DNA of 64,000 nucleotides from Balamuthia mandrillaris (Eukaryota): NCBI GenBank assembly GCA_031835245.2, contig JAVKOQ020000061.1, positions 62,001 to 126,000 of the forward strand, read 5' to 3'. Shown piece by piece: positions 26,235 to 38,563 of this stretch (position 1 is its first letter; each line of letters starts with the position of its first letter). The notes under the pieces were generated by a model. It saw only the letters and a program-made list of their open reading frames with translations, ran no database searches and was not told where the DNA came from. The position numbers and the translations under genes were made by a program.

Positions 26235-26767
26235 TCTCTTCTTCTTCTTCTTCTTCTTCTTCTTCTTCTTCTTCTTCTTCTTCTTCTTCTTCTTCTTGTT
26301 CTTCTTCTTGTTCTTCTTCTTCTTCTTCTTCTTCTTCTTCTTCTCTTTCTTCACATTCTTCTCTTCCATATTATTCTTCTATTCCGTTAGTAGACAAAAA
26401 ATCAGCCAGAGAAGAAGAACTGGAAAAAGAATTGAAACGACTGAGAGCAGCTCATCTCAATCTCAAAGAATATGTCAAAGAGACGGAAAAGGATTTGTTG
26501 GAACGGATTCAAATACTCGAGAGCCAAACCGCAGAACTGCCATTGATGCAGGACAAGCTCCGAAAGCTCGAGGCAGCTTTCTGCTTGCTTGCTCCTTCCG
26601 CGTTCGCTCCATCTCCTTCTCTTTCTTCTTCGTCTTCATCATCAATTTCTTCTTCAACAACAGAAATGATTGCAGAACAATCAGCCGGCAACTTGAACCC
26701 CATGCAATATGCTTCTCCTTTTGCATCGTTGGTGTTACCTCCTTCGGCCCTCCCTCACCCCAAATGA
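23992..26767 (+). CDS. PHD-finger plus C2H2 zinc-finger nuclear protein with C-terminal coiled coil; two apparent frameshifts
   Basis: PHD CMLC...LVCCDGVGCAQVVHRNC...WFCPQC; C2H2 CPHCGKTF...LHV.RWCH; frame breaks at ~24310 and ~26236, both in low-complexity tracts. Confidence 0.7.
26158..26345. repeat. Coding trinucleotide microsatellites (TCA)n then (TCT)n encoding poly-Ser
   Basis: Directly visible; the frame shifts at the junction of the two tracts. Confidence 0.9.
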
Positions 26768-27029
26768 ACGAACGCCGTTCATCACGAGCAACAGTTTTTT
26801 TTGTTCGTGTCAAACAACAACAACAACAACAACAACAAGACCAAGAGACGTTTGTGTTTCTTTCTTATTCATCTATCTGCCTATATACTGCTATACAAAC
26901 AAAAAAAAACACATTCTTTTCTTTTCTTCTTTTTTTCTCAAGCGTTATTTTTCACTTGTTATATTTATTGTTTTTCTGTATTTGTTTTATTCCAATAGTC
27001 GACAAAAATCAAAACCATAATTGAAAAAT

Positions 27030-27365
27030 GTTCAGCGAAAGGGGACGGTTAAATGGGCCAGAAAACCACTGATTGCTTTCGTCGGCCAAACCAAGCAGTT
27101 GGCTGTAACTGCGCTTGCAGGACGTGTGGGTGTGGGAATCATCTGCGTACGCAGCAGAGGGCGGTAATTCTCCATGTCGAGGGTCTGTCCACTCCAAGCC
27201 ACGGCTCAACATAGCCTCGCTCGCGGAAGTGAGCGGGACTAGGTTGATAATGAAGGGGGCAATGCCACAGGCTGTACTACAGAGCACGGAAAACCTCTCG
27301 GCCTTGGCGGTGGAGGGATAGCAGACCTGAGTGGATGCCGTCAGGTCACTGCGTAGCTGTAGGTG
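27030..27365 (-). mobile_element. Degenerate non-LTR (LINE-like) retrotransposon reverse-transcriptase fragment
   Basis: Minus-strand translation ...ERFSVL...PFIINLVPL...RGLEW...G...AAYADD... has the YADD catalytic motif at LINE-like spacing, with the QG motif eroded; no start codon and no full ORF. Confidence 0.55.
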
Positions 27366-27628
27366 AAACTCACATTCTTTTTGATCTTTTTGTTCTCTCT
27401 TCTCTTTGCTTTTTTGTTCTTCTGCACTTGATTGTTTTTTCTGTCTGCTCTCTCTCTTTCTCTCTTTCTCTTTCTTGTGAAGCCATTCCTCTTCTGTTTA
27501 TCCTCTTTTCTCTCCCCTCCCTCTCTCTTCTTCCTCTCTCTTCTTCCTCTCTGTGCTTGCTGTACGAGCCATTCATTCCATATCTCAGCTGCCAGGAACT
27601 TCCAGCCATTTTTTTTCTTTACAGAGTG

Positions 27629-28130
27629 TTATTTCGGTGCGGGAGGGTTGGTGGTTGCAGTGCTTGTGGCATGGGTGGTAGCGGTGGTGGTCGCTGTTGT
27701 GGGAGTAGTGGAAGAAGGAGTAGCAGCGACAATGGTAGAGGTGGGAGGTTTTTGCTTGCGGGCGGCTTGCTGCGCCTTCCGCCGAGCGACCTCCTCTTCC
27801 AGCTGTTTTAACTTTTCTGGTGGCAACTGCTTCTTCATCTCCTCGAACACGTCGTCGAACACGCTCTGCGAGCTGAGCTGCGATGAAATAACTCCTTTAT
27901 CTTCTCTCGCAAACACACAAAAAGAAAAGGCGAGTGAGTGAGTGGGTGAGCGTTGATGGATGGAGAGCAAGAACGAAAAAAGCGATTGATCACTCACAAA
28001 AGCCGGAATTTATCATAAGCCACTCCAGAGCAGCCCCCGCCGAGAAAGACAGGACACCAACTTTTGTCCAGAAGAACAGCCCATACCGTTTGGCTGTCTT
28101 TGTCGCTCCTCCCGCAGCTGCGTGTGCCAT
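27629..28130 (-). CDS. Small single-pass membrane protein, SMIM4/UQCC5-like, 2 exons
   Basis: Spliced N-terminus MAHAAAGG...VLSFSAGAALEWLMINSGFYK resembles the G..MEW.MI..GFY motif; Thr-rich tail. Confidence 0.55.
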
Positions 28131-28170
28131 CCCCTTCTTCTTCGGTTGGTTTGCCAGTTAATCTCAGCCA

Positions 28171-28274
28171 CGTCGACACGAAAAAGCCAAATATCATTGT
28201 CGACATGAATAAGACTAATTGTGTCGACAAGAAGAAGCAACTTAATGTCGACACGAGCGTTGTCTGTGTCGACA
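28171..28274. promoter_or_regulatory. Cluster of five (T/C)GTCGACA palindromes in a divergent promoter
   Basis: Copies start at 28171, 28198, 28222, 28246 and 28267, between the ATGs at 28130(-) and 28621(+). Confidence 0.55.
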
Positions 28275-28620
28275 CGACGGAGTTTAATATTATCATTGTT
28301 TTTCATCAGACGGTGGAAGTGACAGACCACCGATAAGACTCGTAAGACCTCGCACGATGCATACGCTCGCGACAGCGGCCTCGAATGCTTTATGCGCACC
28401 AAGTTTTATCGGAGGCCAGAAAGGAGGCAGAGAGCGCAGCAGAGCTCATTATTCTCCGAAGATGTACGAGCCACCCCGTGATAGGGTTAACGCACATTAA
28501 ACTTTAATAACCGGGTTAAAGTGAGTAGGTGCATTAACAAGCAGCTGCCCGAACCTTTGGCGGTGTTAACCGGAGCGAAAACAAACCGCACCAACAAAGA
28601 AAGCAGAAATACTGAACGGA

Positions 28621-30711
28621 ATGGGGGTTGTCGCGGTTGGCCATAGGCCCTCCTCCATCTTCTTCCTGTTAGCGACTACAGCGTTGCTCACGGCGTGCGG
28701 CAGCCACGCACAAAAGGTCGGCCTTATCAGCACCGAGATGGACCACTGGTATCGAGCGGACGTGCCGCTGCGGCTGAGCGAAACGGGCAAGTTCGAGGAG
28801 GTCTCCTACCTGAACGAGAGCGTCACGCTGGAGGAGCTCCAAGAGTACCACGCCCTCCTCGTTTGGTCCGGAATTATCATGGACGATGAAATCGAGGAGA
28901 ACACTGACTTCATCGCCGACATACGACCCTTCTCCGACCCGGAGTTGTTGGGAAACGTGCTGCAGGCCTACCTGGACCAAGGAGGCGGCGTGGTCCTGGC
29001 CCTGGCCGGCTTCAGCGGGGAAAACGGCCTCAAGGGCGCGTTTGCTGCGGACTCCTCTGTCATCCTGCCAGGTAAGGCTGGGACCAATGTGGCTCTGACA
29101 AATACCGGAGAGGCCGAAACAAAAGTGCTGGGAGACATATACCTCCCCGACCATCCTGTCATACGCAACATCTCCTCCTTGGAGAGCACCAGGACGACCT
29201 TGCAGTCCGAAGTTTTGAACACCCATGTTAGCAAAATGGCGGCAGACTCCTACATTGTGGCCACCTGGAACGACCGAAAGGTGCTGGCGGTGGCACGCGA
29301 TGGCGTGGGACCCAGCAAGAGCAGCCGTGTGGACATCAACATGCACCCGGTCTCCAAGCGGCAGGGCGATTTTTACAGCCCCGGTCGTAATGCAGGCGGC
29401 TACACCAGGACCACGCAAGGGGCGGACCTGCTTGCTGCTGCCCTGCTCTACTCCATGAGCGGTACCCTTCCCTTAGTTCTTTCATTCTTGAGCTTCAACT
29501 TTCACCGATTATTGTTCTTGTTATTGTTATTGTTCTCCTTCTCCTTCTTCTTCTTCTTCTTGTTCTTCTTCTTCTTCTTCTTCTTCTTCTTCTTCATCTC
29601 ATTCTCTCCTATCTACTTTCTAATCAAATCACTATAAACCAAAGGGTGTGCTTCGTTTTCTCCACAACCTCTCACAATCGTCAGATGCAGCGAGGCGTAC
29701 ACCGGCGTTGGAGAGGGCGACCAACTGGAAGTGTATAACTTTACCTCTTCCTCCTCCCTCCGCTTGGCTGGCACTTGCCACGAGCCCCTGAATATCACAC
29801 AAAACCCACTGCCCGGTACTCTCGTCCCAACGAACCGTACGCACAACGTCACCCTACGGGTAGAAGATGCCCTTGGTACCGTGGTGGAGTGCACCACAAT
29901 CTTCTATGCTACCAAGGATACCACTCCCTCCAGCACCAGTGCCAGCGAGAATGACAGCAGCAGTAGCGAGAGTCAAGCCACTGGTTGGTGTTTGATCAGT
30001 CCTTACAGTAGTTGTTGTTCTTAGTTTTTCCTTTTCAGTGACTAACTCCTGTATTTGTTTCTGCTTCTCTCTGTTCCTCCCTCCTTCCGATGCACGCTTT
30101 TCCACAGACACGGGTGAACGAGATTCCAGCTCCAACAGTGATAGCAACCTCGGCATGATCCTGGGCCTGAGCTTGGGTTTGCCCTTTTTATTGCTTTTGC
30201 CGGCTGCCATAGCCCTTGCCCTTCTGTTCAGGCGAAAGACCAAACGCAAGGCCAGAAGAATTCAGAAAGACCTAGAGGATGGCACCGGAGAGAGCATGTA
30301 CCAAATCTCTCCCATCAAATCGGGAAGCCAGCCAAGCCACTATGAGTCAACCTTTGGTCCAGCAAGAGGCATCGGCTTCAACTGGAACATCCAGTTCTCT
30401 GAGCTAACCTTCGGAGAAGAGATTGGAAGAGGGTACCCTTTCATCCTTCTTTGTTTTTTGTTGCTAATATGCCCTGTCTCTGCTGTGGTGTGATGCCTAA
30501 TGATCTATGCTGCGTCAATGCAGAGGGTTTGGTGTTGTGAGGAAAGGAAAATGGCGAGGTACAGCAGTGGCCATCAAGCAGGTTTGTTTTCCTCCTCATC
30601 CTTCTGTGTTGCTTCCTATAACTTATCTCACCACAACTTTACCTTTAGATTCTAGCAAAACACAACGACGAGTTGGAACAAATGAGAAGTGAGATGGAAA
30701 TCATGAAGTAG

Positions 30712-30749
<38 letters not shown>

Positions 30750-31085
30750 CTCACTAGCTTTGCCGTTGTCTCCCACAATCCGAAAAAACAGAAACCTACG
30801 CCCGCATGGCAATGTGCTTCTGTTGTTGGGAGTTTGTGAGGACGATTACCACAACCACTATGTTGTAACGGAGTTCATGGCCAGAGGGGACTTGCGGCAC
30901 TTTCTCATGTCAGAGCAAGGGCAATCCATGGTGGACCACCAGATGATGCTTGCTATGGCCAAAGAGATAGCAGTGGGCCTGAGTCATCTGCACTCAGAGG
31001 GAATCATTCATCGTGACCTTGCATCCCGCAACTTGTTGTTGACAGAGGAATACTCCATTAAGATTAGTGGTATGTGTTGCAAGGA

Positions 31086-31145
<60 letters not shown>

Positions 31146-31700
31146 GTGTTTAAAACTGATGGTGCGTTTTTTGTGTTTATTTTTGGTGGTAAGACTTTGG
31201 ATTGTCACGGCTGAAAAGGGACACAGAGTCCGAGGAACAAACTACCAAGTCTGAAGTGGGTCCTTTGAAATGGTATGCTCCGCTTTTGGTTTTTTAGTGC
31301 CTCGTGTGTCTGATGAAGATGATCTTCTTTGGCAGGATGGCGCCGGAGAGTATATCTCAGCAGACGTATTCCCACAAGTCAGACGTGTGGAGCTATGGCG
31401 TGGTGTTGTGGGAGCTCACAAACTTCGGAGAGGAGCCCTATCCTGAACTTTCCCTTGTGCAGGCCGCTCTGGCTGTGGTAGACGAAAGTACGCTATTGTT
31501 GTTGCCTGAGTTTACTTACGGACATCTCTCTATTCGATCATTAACAAACAACATGCTCTTTTATCATAGAAATGACACCAACCATACCATCCGACATTCC
31601 AAGCGTGCTGCAAGAAATCATGAGGGCGTGCTGGCAATATGATCCCAAGGATCGCCCCACCATGGAAGAGATTGTTTCTATGTTGTCTAATGCCTCCTAA
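28621..31700 (+). CDS. Single-pass receptor kinase with tyrosine-kinase-like catalytic motifs, multi-exon
   Basis: Signal peptide, ectodomain, TM segment [30 protein letters not shown], kinase [58 protein letters not shown]; stop at 31698-31700. Confidence 0.9.
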
Positions 31701-31828
31701 GCGGTCGCTTTCTCTTTTTCTGTTTGTAAAGAAGAAAAAAACTCACGTTTTAAAAACTAGCCACGTTTTTTTTCTAATGTTGTTTACATACAAGATAAGA
31801 AAGAGAAAGGCAAACAGCAACCCCATCA

Positions 31829-34716
31829 TTATTGTAGGCTCTCCAAACAAAAAGAGCCAGGGGTAGAGGGAGACCAATTGTTGGTGCCACCCAAAAAGAC
31901 AGGAATGCATTCCGGTGGGAAGAAGTTAGACTTGAGAAGCTCTTTGGAGTTTTTGACAAAGTTGATCTTGGCTTTGGTTCTCTCGTCCAACATCGGCTTC
32001 ACGATCCTCCACACCATGTTGATCACGAATGGGCCGTTGACGCATACCAATGTGCCCAACCTGTTGGTAAGATGGAAGAAAAAAAAAGGAATAAGAAGAC
32101 AAACAAAGAAGAGTGGAGGAAAGGAAGCAGTGCAGAAGACGAAGAAACAAAAGAAGAAGCATAAGGAAAATGAAGCACCTTTCAGGATAGTAGCTTTGTA
32201 ACGTGTGAGCAGCCATTTTAGTGAAGGTAGTATCCATGTTGTTCATTCCAAAGTTGGCAAGATCTAAAATACAAGAGAAGGAAAGCGTTCCTGGTGGCAT
32301 ACTATTGTGGAGAAGGTAAACAAAACGTTGCACGTTTGTTTAAAAAAAAGAATGAATGGTAGGTAAAAGAGATGGAGTAACGAACTTTCTAATGGCGGTT
32401 TCAATCATAAACACTGCACATTTGAGGGCAATCTCAGGATTGGAGTCCTTGGGGATGTGACGCCCAGGAAACATGAGCAACAAAGGCCTGCCCGTAGGGT
32501 CCCTTCCAATGAAATACATCTTGTTCTGAACCAGTTCCGGTTTCACATCTTCCGCTGTGATGTTGTACGGCTGAAACTCGTGATACCATTTCTGTTGTGT
32601 GTGTTAGTAAAGCTGATGAGAAAGAAAGAAACAGAACCAGATAGAAGAAGAAGAAGAAAAAAACGAACCCAATATTCTTCGAGCATTTCGGCCGTTTTGG
32701 TAACGTCAAACTGGCGGGCTTTGAGGAACCTCCATAGAGTAGGATCACTGGAATCATTTTGCCGGCCGAGTGGACCCAAGCTGTCACGTAAGATTGCAAT
32801 AGCCCTCTGTGGTGTTTGTATATTTGTTGGTTTCATTTAGGGTTCTGAAAAAGAAAAGCAAAAAAAGAAGGAAGAAAGAAGAAGGAAGAAAAATGTACCG
32901 CTTCTTCTTCAGGCCATGTCCAAGGATACTCCGCCTGTTCTTCCACCTGTGATGCATTTTCTTCCTCCTCTGCTCCTCCTCCTTCCGCCTCCTCTTCATC
33001 ACGACCATCTTCCTCATCACCATCGGGATAACCAGCATCACCAGAATACACTCCATCATTCTCTTCACGTTGTTCTCCTTCTCGCTCCTCTTCGGCCTCC
33101 ACTTCTTCCTCCTCGCCTTCTCCATCGCTCGAAATCTCTTCCCCGTCTTCAAAGCTGACTTCCTCTGCAGATCCCACTTCTCCTCCATAACTATCTCTCT
33201 CCTCATTCGCCAAAGAAGCAGCAAAGAGCGGAGATGCAACGGTAGGAATAGAAGAAGATGAAGAAGAAGCTTCGACAAGACAACTCGAGCACGCCTTCCT
33301 CAAAGCTTGTATCCACTCGTGCATTTCGAGAGAGGTGGCCGCTCTCAGCACACAGTTGGCCGAGGTGGCGTGAAACATTCTGTGAGTGGTCGCTGCGGAG
33401 AGGCCGGAAGGACCTTTGGAGACGAAGAGAGGCTTCTTGCCAGAATGGCTGATGATGAGCACGTTGCTCTTCTCCGGCTTAGGCATGATAAGGCAGTCTC
33501 GCGTGAGCTTGACATGACCGTAACATTCCGTCCGTTTGGTCTGCGGTAACAAAGAAGACAAGAAGGAGTCAGTTGTTTGAAAGAAGACCGAGAAAAAAAC
33601 CGTGCAAAAGAAAAAGAAAAGAACCTTTTCGTCACGGAAGTAACTCAACCAGCATCCATGCAACACAAAGTACCGCCGAGAGAACTTCTTGACGGCTCTG
33701 ATCTCCAAATATCCTTCCTTCCGTACATCCCCCAAATGTCTGTGCAAACTAGGACTTCCCTCTCCTGCTTGCTGCTGTAACGGTTGTTGTGGTTGTGGTT
33801 GTGGTTGAGTAGATGAAGCAGAAGCAGAAGCAGAAGCAGCAGAATCGTGTCCTCGCAACAAAGCTGGATTCAAGGTCTGTGCTTTGTTGGTGTCGTTGCT
33901 ATAGGCTGCTATGAGGGTTGGAGATATATTTGGCAGCAGCGTGGCAGCTGAGGCAGAGGAAGAGAGGGAGGTTGTTACTGGCTTTGTTGTTACAGCAGCA
34001 TCCACAGAAGAAAAGACAGGAGAAGAGGTCTCAGAAGATGAAGGAGAAGAAGAAGGAGTTGAAGTTGTTATTGGTTCCACGTTATTGTTGTTGTTTGGCG
34101 AAGAAGAAGAAGCCAATGTAGTTTGTTGTGGACTACCTCCGTCCTGAGAGCCGCGTCGAGAATGAGTGGAAGCAGAAGAGGAGAGAAATCTTCCATGTGC
34201 GTTGGACGTCACTTTCTTCCATTGCCCACTGTCAGTCTCTGTCTTCACCAATGGCTGCTGCTTTTCTCTCCTGCTCCCTCTTCTTGAGGAACCCCGGTTG
34301 TTTCTGTTTGACGACGACGACGACGACGAAGCAGGCGTGTCCTTTTCCGGAACAGAGCTTAAAGTTGACCATTGGGTTGACTTGTTCGTTTCTGGAGCTG
34401 AGGTTGTTTGTTGTTTTCTTGGTTGTTGTCTCTGAGAGGAAGAAGCAGCACCAAAGTTGTCATTTCTCAGCTGTTCTATTTCAGACCAGAGGGCTCGGAG
34501 TTCCTCGTCCAAAGAGCCAAAGCCGGTGCGCCCGATGCCAACGCCTCCCACGGAAGGAGGAGACGGTCGAGAGTAGCGGAGCCGCCACCACGAGTCAAAG
34601 CGAGCGACCGCCGAGTCGGCATTATTCTCGTTGCTGGCACGAGAAAAGTGGCGCTGGTAGAGCCAATAGGACAACGCGCCGAGCAGGTAGACAAGCGCGT
34701 AGACAAAGAAACTCAT
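31829..34716 (-). CDS. N-terminal TM anchor, PH domain, acidic linker and CRAL-TRIO (Sec14-like) lipid-binding domain
   Basis: TM MSFFVYALVYLLGALSYWLY; PH KEGYLE...RRYFVL...EWIQAL; CRAL-TRIO TLWRFLKARQFDV, GRDPTGRP, LQSYYPERLG, WRIVKPMLDERTKAKI, IPVFLGG. Confidence 0.85.
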
Positions 34717-35567
34717 GGAACTTTGTTTGAGTTAGCCCAGCAAAGAGAGTGTGGCCCCGGTTTTCCTCTCCTGAGTAATGATAATATTATATTTTCGGTC
34801 ACCTTTTCGTGTCTGTTCTTGTTCGCATAAGCTTCGCATAACGGCGTCGACAAAAACATCACGGGTTCGATTCCCAACGACAGCACGCCAAATAAAAAAG
34901 ATGCCCGCCGGTTCGAAGCCGGACGGCAGCACAAGAGCCCATGTCGATCTCCCCCCAGCGGTGTGGTCCTCCAAGTTCAACGTTTGTGGCGGAACCCAAC
35001 CAACGCATTCCTCCTTTGTCCAAATAAAGGAGGGTCCATCGGCAGCTGGGTGGTATCTCCGTACAACACCTTTAACAGAACGCGATCACCCGTTGGCCAG
35101 ATCGTGCTGCCACCAAGCTTGACGACGATCCTGCGTGCTTTGCCTTCATCGTTTCTTCCATTTAGTGCACTTTTTTCCTGTTCGTTTTTCCAATTCCACA
35201 CACACGGGAAATACTCTCACGCTCACACCCTCCGTATCTTTTAAACTGTTTGGTTTTCATCTCTCCATCAGATGCATTCCCACTCGCTCCCGCTGGCATT
35301 CCACCGTCCGCTTCAACCTCCGCCTCTTCACCGCTCGCAAACGGTACCCCCCCCTTTTTTTTATTATTTTAAATACCTTCTCTCCATCCATCTTTTGAGT
35401 TTCGACTAACCTTCTCCCTTTGTTGCCCCATTCCTGTTTGTTAACCCAAGTCTTTTTGCTACGAATATCCCAAAGCCTCCATTGGGATCGAGCCTTGTAC
35501 CCTCAAAGTTCCAGTTTATCTCTACGACAAGAACTACACGCTCGACTTGGACTACCCGCTCAACGTA

Positions 35568-37714
35568 ATGGCCACGCGGCCGACATCGAGAAGGAACAAC
35601 CATCCCAGTGCTGCTGCTCCATCCCCAATTCCCGCAGTTCCGGCCCGTCAGGTAACCGGGGCGACCTTCCCATCAGCTTGTGGAGGAGCCAGCTTTGTGC
35701 TTCCACAAGCCCCTATCTACCACAGGCATCATCAACAACAGCAGAACAACCACGTTGCTGTAGAGGACAACAGCGGGTACACCCAACACTCCAACAAGTA
35801 CAACTGCTCCAGCCAGGATGCATCACCTCACCAACAAGTACTGCAAGCTCACAGCGCGAGAGAGTTCCGCAACAGAGATGCGTCCTTCGATCCTGCATTG
35901 TCACCGCCCACCTTTGGTGGTTACTACTACCCTGTGCAAAGAGATAGCCAGGTTTTCACGAACCATACCACCTTCTTGGAGCACCGCACCGGTGTGGAAG
36001 ATGACAACGCTGTTCTCAGTGCAGTGAACCAACGACTTCATACTGATTTGCACGAGAGAAGTGAGCTGATCTTTGACAAATTCATTCCAGGTCAGACGAA
36101 GAGAAAGCACACAGACCCTCTTAGTACCTCAAACTCAGAGGAGCCTCCCCAACGGAGAAGAAGGTTGAGTGCTCAACGGTCAACCTCTGCCTCATCGATG
36201 GCAAGCCACAGAAAGGGGGAGGGGGATGGCAGGGAAGACGAAGAGAAGATGGTGCTGGAGGAGGAGCTTGCTGTGTTCCCCCTCCATCCCATCGGCAGCG
36301 GTCTGGTGTTTGCCGGACACAGAGCAACCTGCCAGGAGCCCCCACAAGGTTGCATTCGATGCGGACAAATGGACCTGGTGGAAACAAAAAATTAAATGTG
36401 GCGCCACCAAGCACTGTTTACAAATAAAAAAGAGTAGCGCAACCCCCAATGACCCTTTCGAACAGGGTGTGCTGGGTCCCTTTAACAACTTTGGTAAGTT
36501 AAGTTGAGCTCCGGCGCCAAGATCGGTACAACTGGAGGAATCAAGTACAACCCATCGCGGATGTCAAGCGACAAGAGGTAGGTTCAAACGTTTCACCTTT
36601 TTCGGACAAATCCAGATAACATGATACCCAAAACCGCTCCACAGAGGACGGAAGAAACGTCAGCAGTGCGAACCGCCAACTCACCCTCTCTGCGGGTGTA
36701 CCAAGTCCCGTTCGTCCGCATCCAGAAATAAAAAAAATCAAGGGTGGATTTGAATGTTAGATTTGTGATGGATCATGCAACGTGGTCCACCTAGCGCACC
36801 GGACTGCCTTTGTCAAACAACTTTTTTTTTACAGCTGGCAATTTCGCCCACCTTAATGGCATATATTGTTTCCTGTGGTACGTTGGCAGATTTCGGTTGC
36901 CTGTTCGCATTCCCGAGCGAAAACGCTGGCGCTGCTGTTTCCCCTGCAAGAGATCTGTCGATAGAATGTGGGACCCTAACCCCTCCCTCCCTGGCGAGGT
37001 AGACACACACACACTCTCTCTCCCTCTCTCTTGCGGTTTTGACGGTTCTCTGATGGCACCAAAAAAATTGTATCAAAGGAATTTTGTAGCGGCAGCCGCT
37101 CTATCTTCGAGGATTGGCCGCTCCAGGGCAGCGAGGAATGCCCACACAGCGGTGGCCAAACGGACGGGTTCTGTTCCGATCCAGGTTGTGGCTGTTGTTC
37201 CGGTAAGTGCGGTGGATGGTGTTTGGATCCCTCTTGCTGTCCGTCGCCGCAACAATCCTACGGAAGACGAGACAGCTCGCTCAATCCGTCAAGCGATTGG
37301 GACGCGAGTGCTTGCCCCGATACGTCCGGCCAAGAGGAGGAGGAGGTGGTTCCGGCTCCGCCTCCTTGCTCGCATGCATCTCCCCCTTCTACTCCTGCAA
37401 CGCACGACGTCCAAACCTCCTCAGCCCCCAAAGAAGAAGCAAAGGGAGACGACGTCGATGCCGAGGACGGTGAAGTCGGAACGAAACGAAAACGTAGCCC
37501 CGCCCTTCAACAGTTCGCTCTTGGCCGTGACTACTACGGGCACGTCCAGAAGATGGCCAAAAGCATTCAAGCCCAGCACCCCCCTTCCTACGCCACCACC
37601 GATCGAGGTTTAGCCGTGGGTCGCGGGTTGGTCTTTCAAGAGGCCATCTACAGGAGAAAGCTCCAGCAAAAACAAGAACCGGCCCCAAAGCAACCGCTCC
37701 TGCACAGCACATGA
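35568..37714 (+). other. Hypothetical coding or pseudogenic segment(s) of unknown function
   Basis: Long low-complexity ORFs at 35547-36395 and 37223-37714 with no recognisable domain; no consistent splice model found. Confidence 0.3.
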
Positions 37715-38253
37715 GGCCTCTTCTGCATGAACGGCGTGCTCACCACCCCAACGAGGGTGTGTCCCCCACAGATGTAAATAAAGGCACACACGCACCACAT
37801 ACAACCATGTTTACCCATCAGGACAGGTGTTCCTTTGAAGGTGCGGTGTGTCAACCAACCCTTGGGTGTAAAGGGCGAGTCTTGTTGGGCGGTGCTCGCT
37901 CTGCCGCATCCCCTTCAAGCAACAACCATGGGTGGGGTTATCTGCATTGTTCGAAGAACCAACACCACTAGGTGATGACGAACCGAGGTGAACGTGACAG
38001 ACAAGAGAAGATAGGACAAGGAAAAAAGAGGAGCGATGGCTTGTTGATGAGGAGATGGAAGAACGAGACAGAGGCGAACAACATCACAACCACCAAACCA
38101 AAGAAAGAAGATAACGCCCTCGCAGTCTCACAGAAACAGCATGAACAAACAACTAGCAAACACAATACAAAGATCGGGAAAAGAAAGAAACCGTATATCA
38201 TTGTTTCCTATGAACGATGAACAAGGGCATAGCAGGACACCGGAAAAGAACGA

Positions 38254-38532
38254 TCAGAAGAGGGTTTTGATGAGCCTCTCGGCATGGGTGCCCGGGTGGC
38301 AGAACCCGGCCATGATGCAAGGGGAGCCACCGTGGACCTTGAGATGGGCTTCCTGTTGCTCCGCCTCGTCCTGGAGGAAGGCAAACGCGCGGTGAAGGGC
38401 CTTGCAAATCTGTCCGCAGTCCTCTTTCATGTCAGGAAAGGCGGAAGCGCAGAGGGGCATACAGTTTTTCTCTTGTTTTGTTTCCACAAGTCTTTTTTTT
38501 AAAAAAAAGTGTAAGTTAAAAATGATGCTTTG

Positions 38533-38563
<31 letters not shown>

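Noticed and set aside
28171..28274. Regularly spaced GTCGAC repeats as a CRISPR-like array
   Set aside because: Repeat core is only 8 nt, spacers are under 20 nt, there are no cas genes, and the context is eukaryotic.
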